Below are positions 63,041 to 64,000 of a stretch of DNA of 64,000 nt, piece after piece. How positions within the stretch are numbered: position 1 is the stretch's first letter; each line of letters opens with the position of its first letter. A program made the translations under genes and the position numbers. Where the stretch lies: assembly GCF_018350175.1 (NCBI RefSeq), contig NC_058373.1:99450001-99514000 (forward strand), given 5' to 3'. The DNA comes from Felis catus. Its lineage: Eukaryota. Under the pieces are notes generated by a model that saw only the letters and a program-made list of their open reading frames with translations, was not told the origin of the DNA and did no database searches.

Positions 63041-64000
63041 AGCAAGCCAACGTGGGGCTAGGATCCATGTGGGCTGACTCAAATGAAACATTCTTTCCCC
63101 TACACCACCTTTCCTGCTCATCTGACCTGAGTTTCGTAATCTGCTTTACCAGACAGCAGCCCAGCCCACCTTTCGCTGTTTTCCAGTTTTTGTCATTGTT
63201 TTATTCATCCATCCATCCAACAATTTCCTGTAAGTTTACCATGGCAAACACAACTCTGCAAGACATAATGGAATACAAGGTGTGACCGCTGACCTTCGGG
63301 TGCTCTTGATCTGGTCTGGAGAACAAAGTATATCTATGAAAAAGCAGCAACACCGCAGCGTGGCACGGATTTGGCAGCAAAGCAGGCAAAAAAGAGCCGT
63401 TGCACCAGGAGGGTGTCACTAGTTTTGAATCTGATGCTGAGTCCAACGAATTCGACCCAATAGGAAAGAGGCTGACCTGGGCAGTCCCGGCTTCCTGTCT
63501 GCTTAGAGTGGCCGCATTCTTCTTGAAATATGAGGCTATAGACAGTTGTGCTGGGCAGACATTCCTTTGAGCTCTTATTCTAATATAATTTTTTAGAAGA
63601 CTATGGCACCCAAAGAGTGGTTTCTCCTTTAAAATGTCACTCTGTGTCTCGGAAAAAAGAAAAAAATCTGTCATAGTGATTTCACTGGTCAGAGTAAATA
63701 GTGAAGAAATATTTCTCTTGTATCCAGTTCCAGAGTAGAATTTCCATGACCTGCCAGACCAGCTAAAGAGGCAGAGGCCCCTTCTGGGTTGGCGGTGACA
63801 GAGGACTTCTTCTGTAGACGTTTTAGTCCTCTTGGATCCCATCTTCACAGTAGCTGGGAGCACGGCTCGAGAGGTGAGATTATTTAAACGCAGGACTTTT
63901 GCAGGAACGGTACCAGACGCCTTGCCAATAGACCTCAGCAAGAGTCTCCACAGTCATATTTGTGTGCGTGTGGTTATATGTCTGTTATAAATACCAAGAC

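Overview
Mammalian genomic DNA, most likely from a cat (Felidae), judged from abundant feline-type CAN-SINEs (SINEC_Fc) and carnivore L1. The window holds the 5' part of nidogen-2 (NID2) on the minus strand. A CpG-island promoter lies at about 59.1-61.0 kb, the ATG is at 60280, and 15 coding exons run down to position 114. All have GT-AG boundaries and join in frame into 3501 nt / 1167 aa: signal peptide, G1/NIDO, acidic linker, EGF1, G2 barrel, EGF2-5, two thyroglobulin type-1 repeats and the start of G3. The gene continues beyond position 1. Introns contain about 30 CAN-SINEs, L1, L2, MIR, MLT1 LTRs and DNA-transposon fossils. I see no prokaryotic-type system and no convincing novel protein family. 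The most notable observations are: an 84-nt in-frame segment of exon 4 that appears to match a spliced-out human intron and is one synonymous change from having an acceptor; an old intronic duplication of the exon-10 donor flank beside a pseudo-exon-like segment; inverted young SINE pairs bracketing exons; nested transposon stacks; and an unexplained 213-codon ATG ORF upstream of the promoter. Comparisons with human and mouse proteins and repeat family names come from memory and need checking. Repeat boundaries are approximate.
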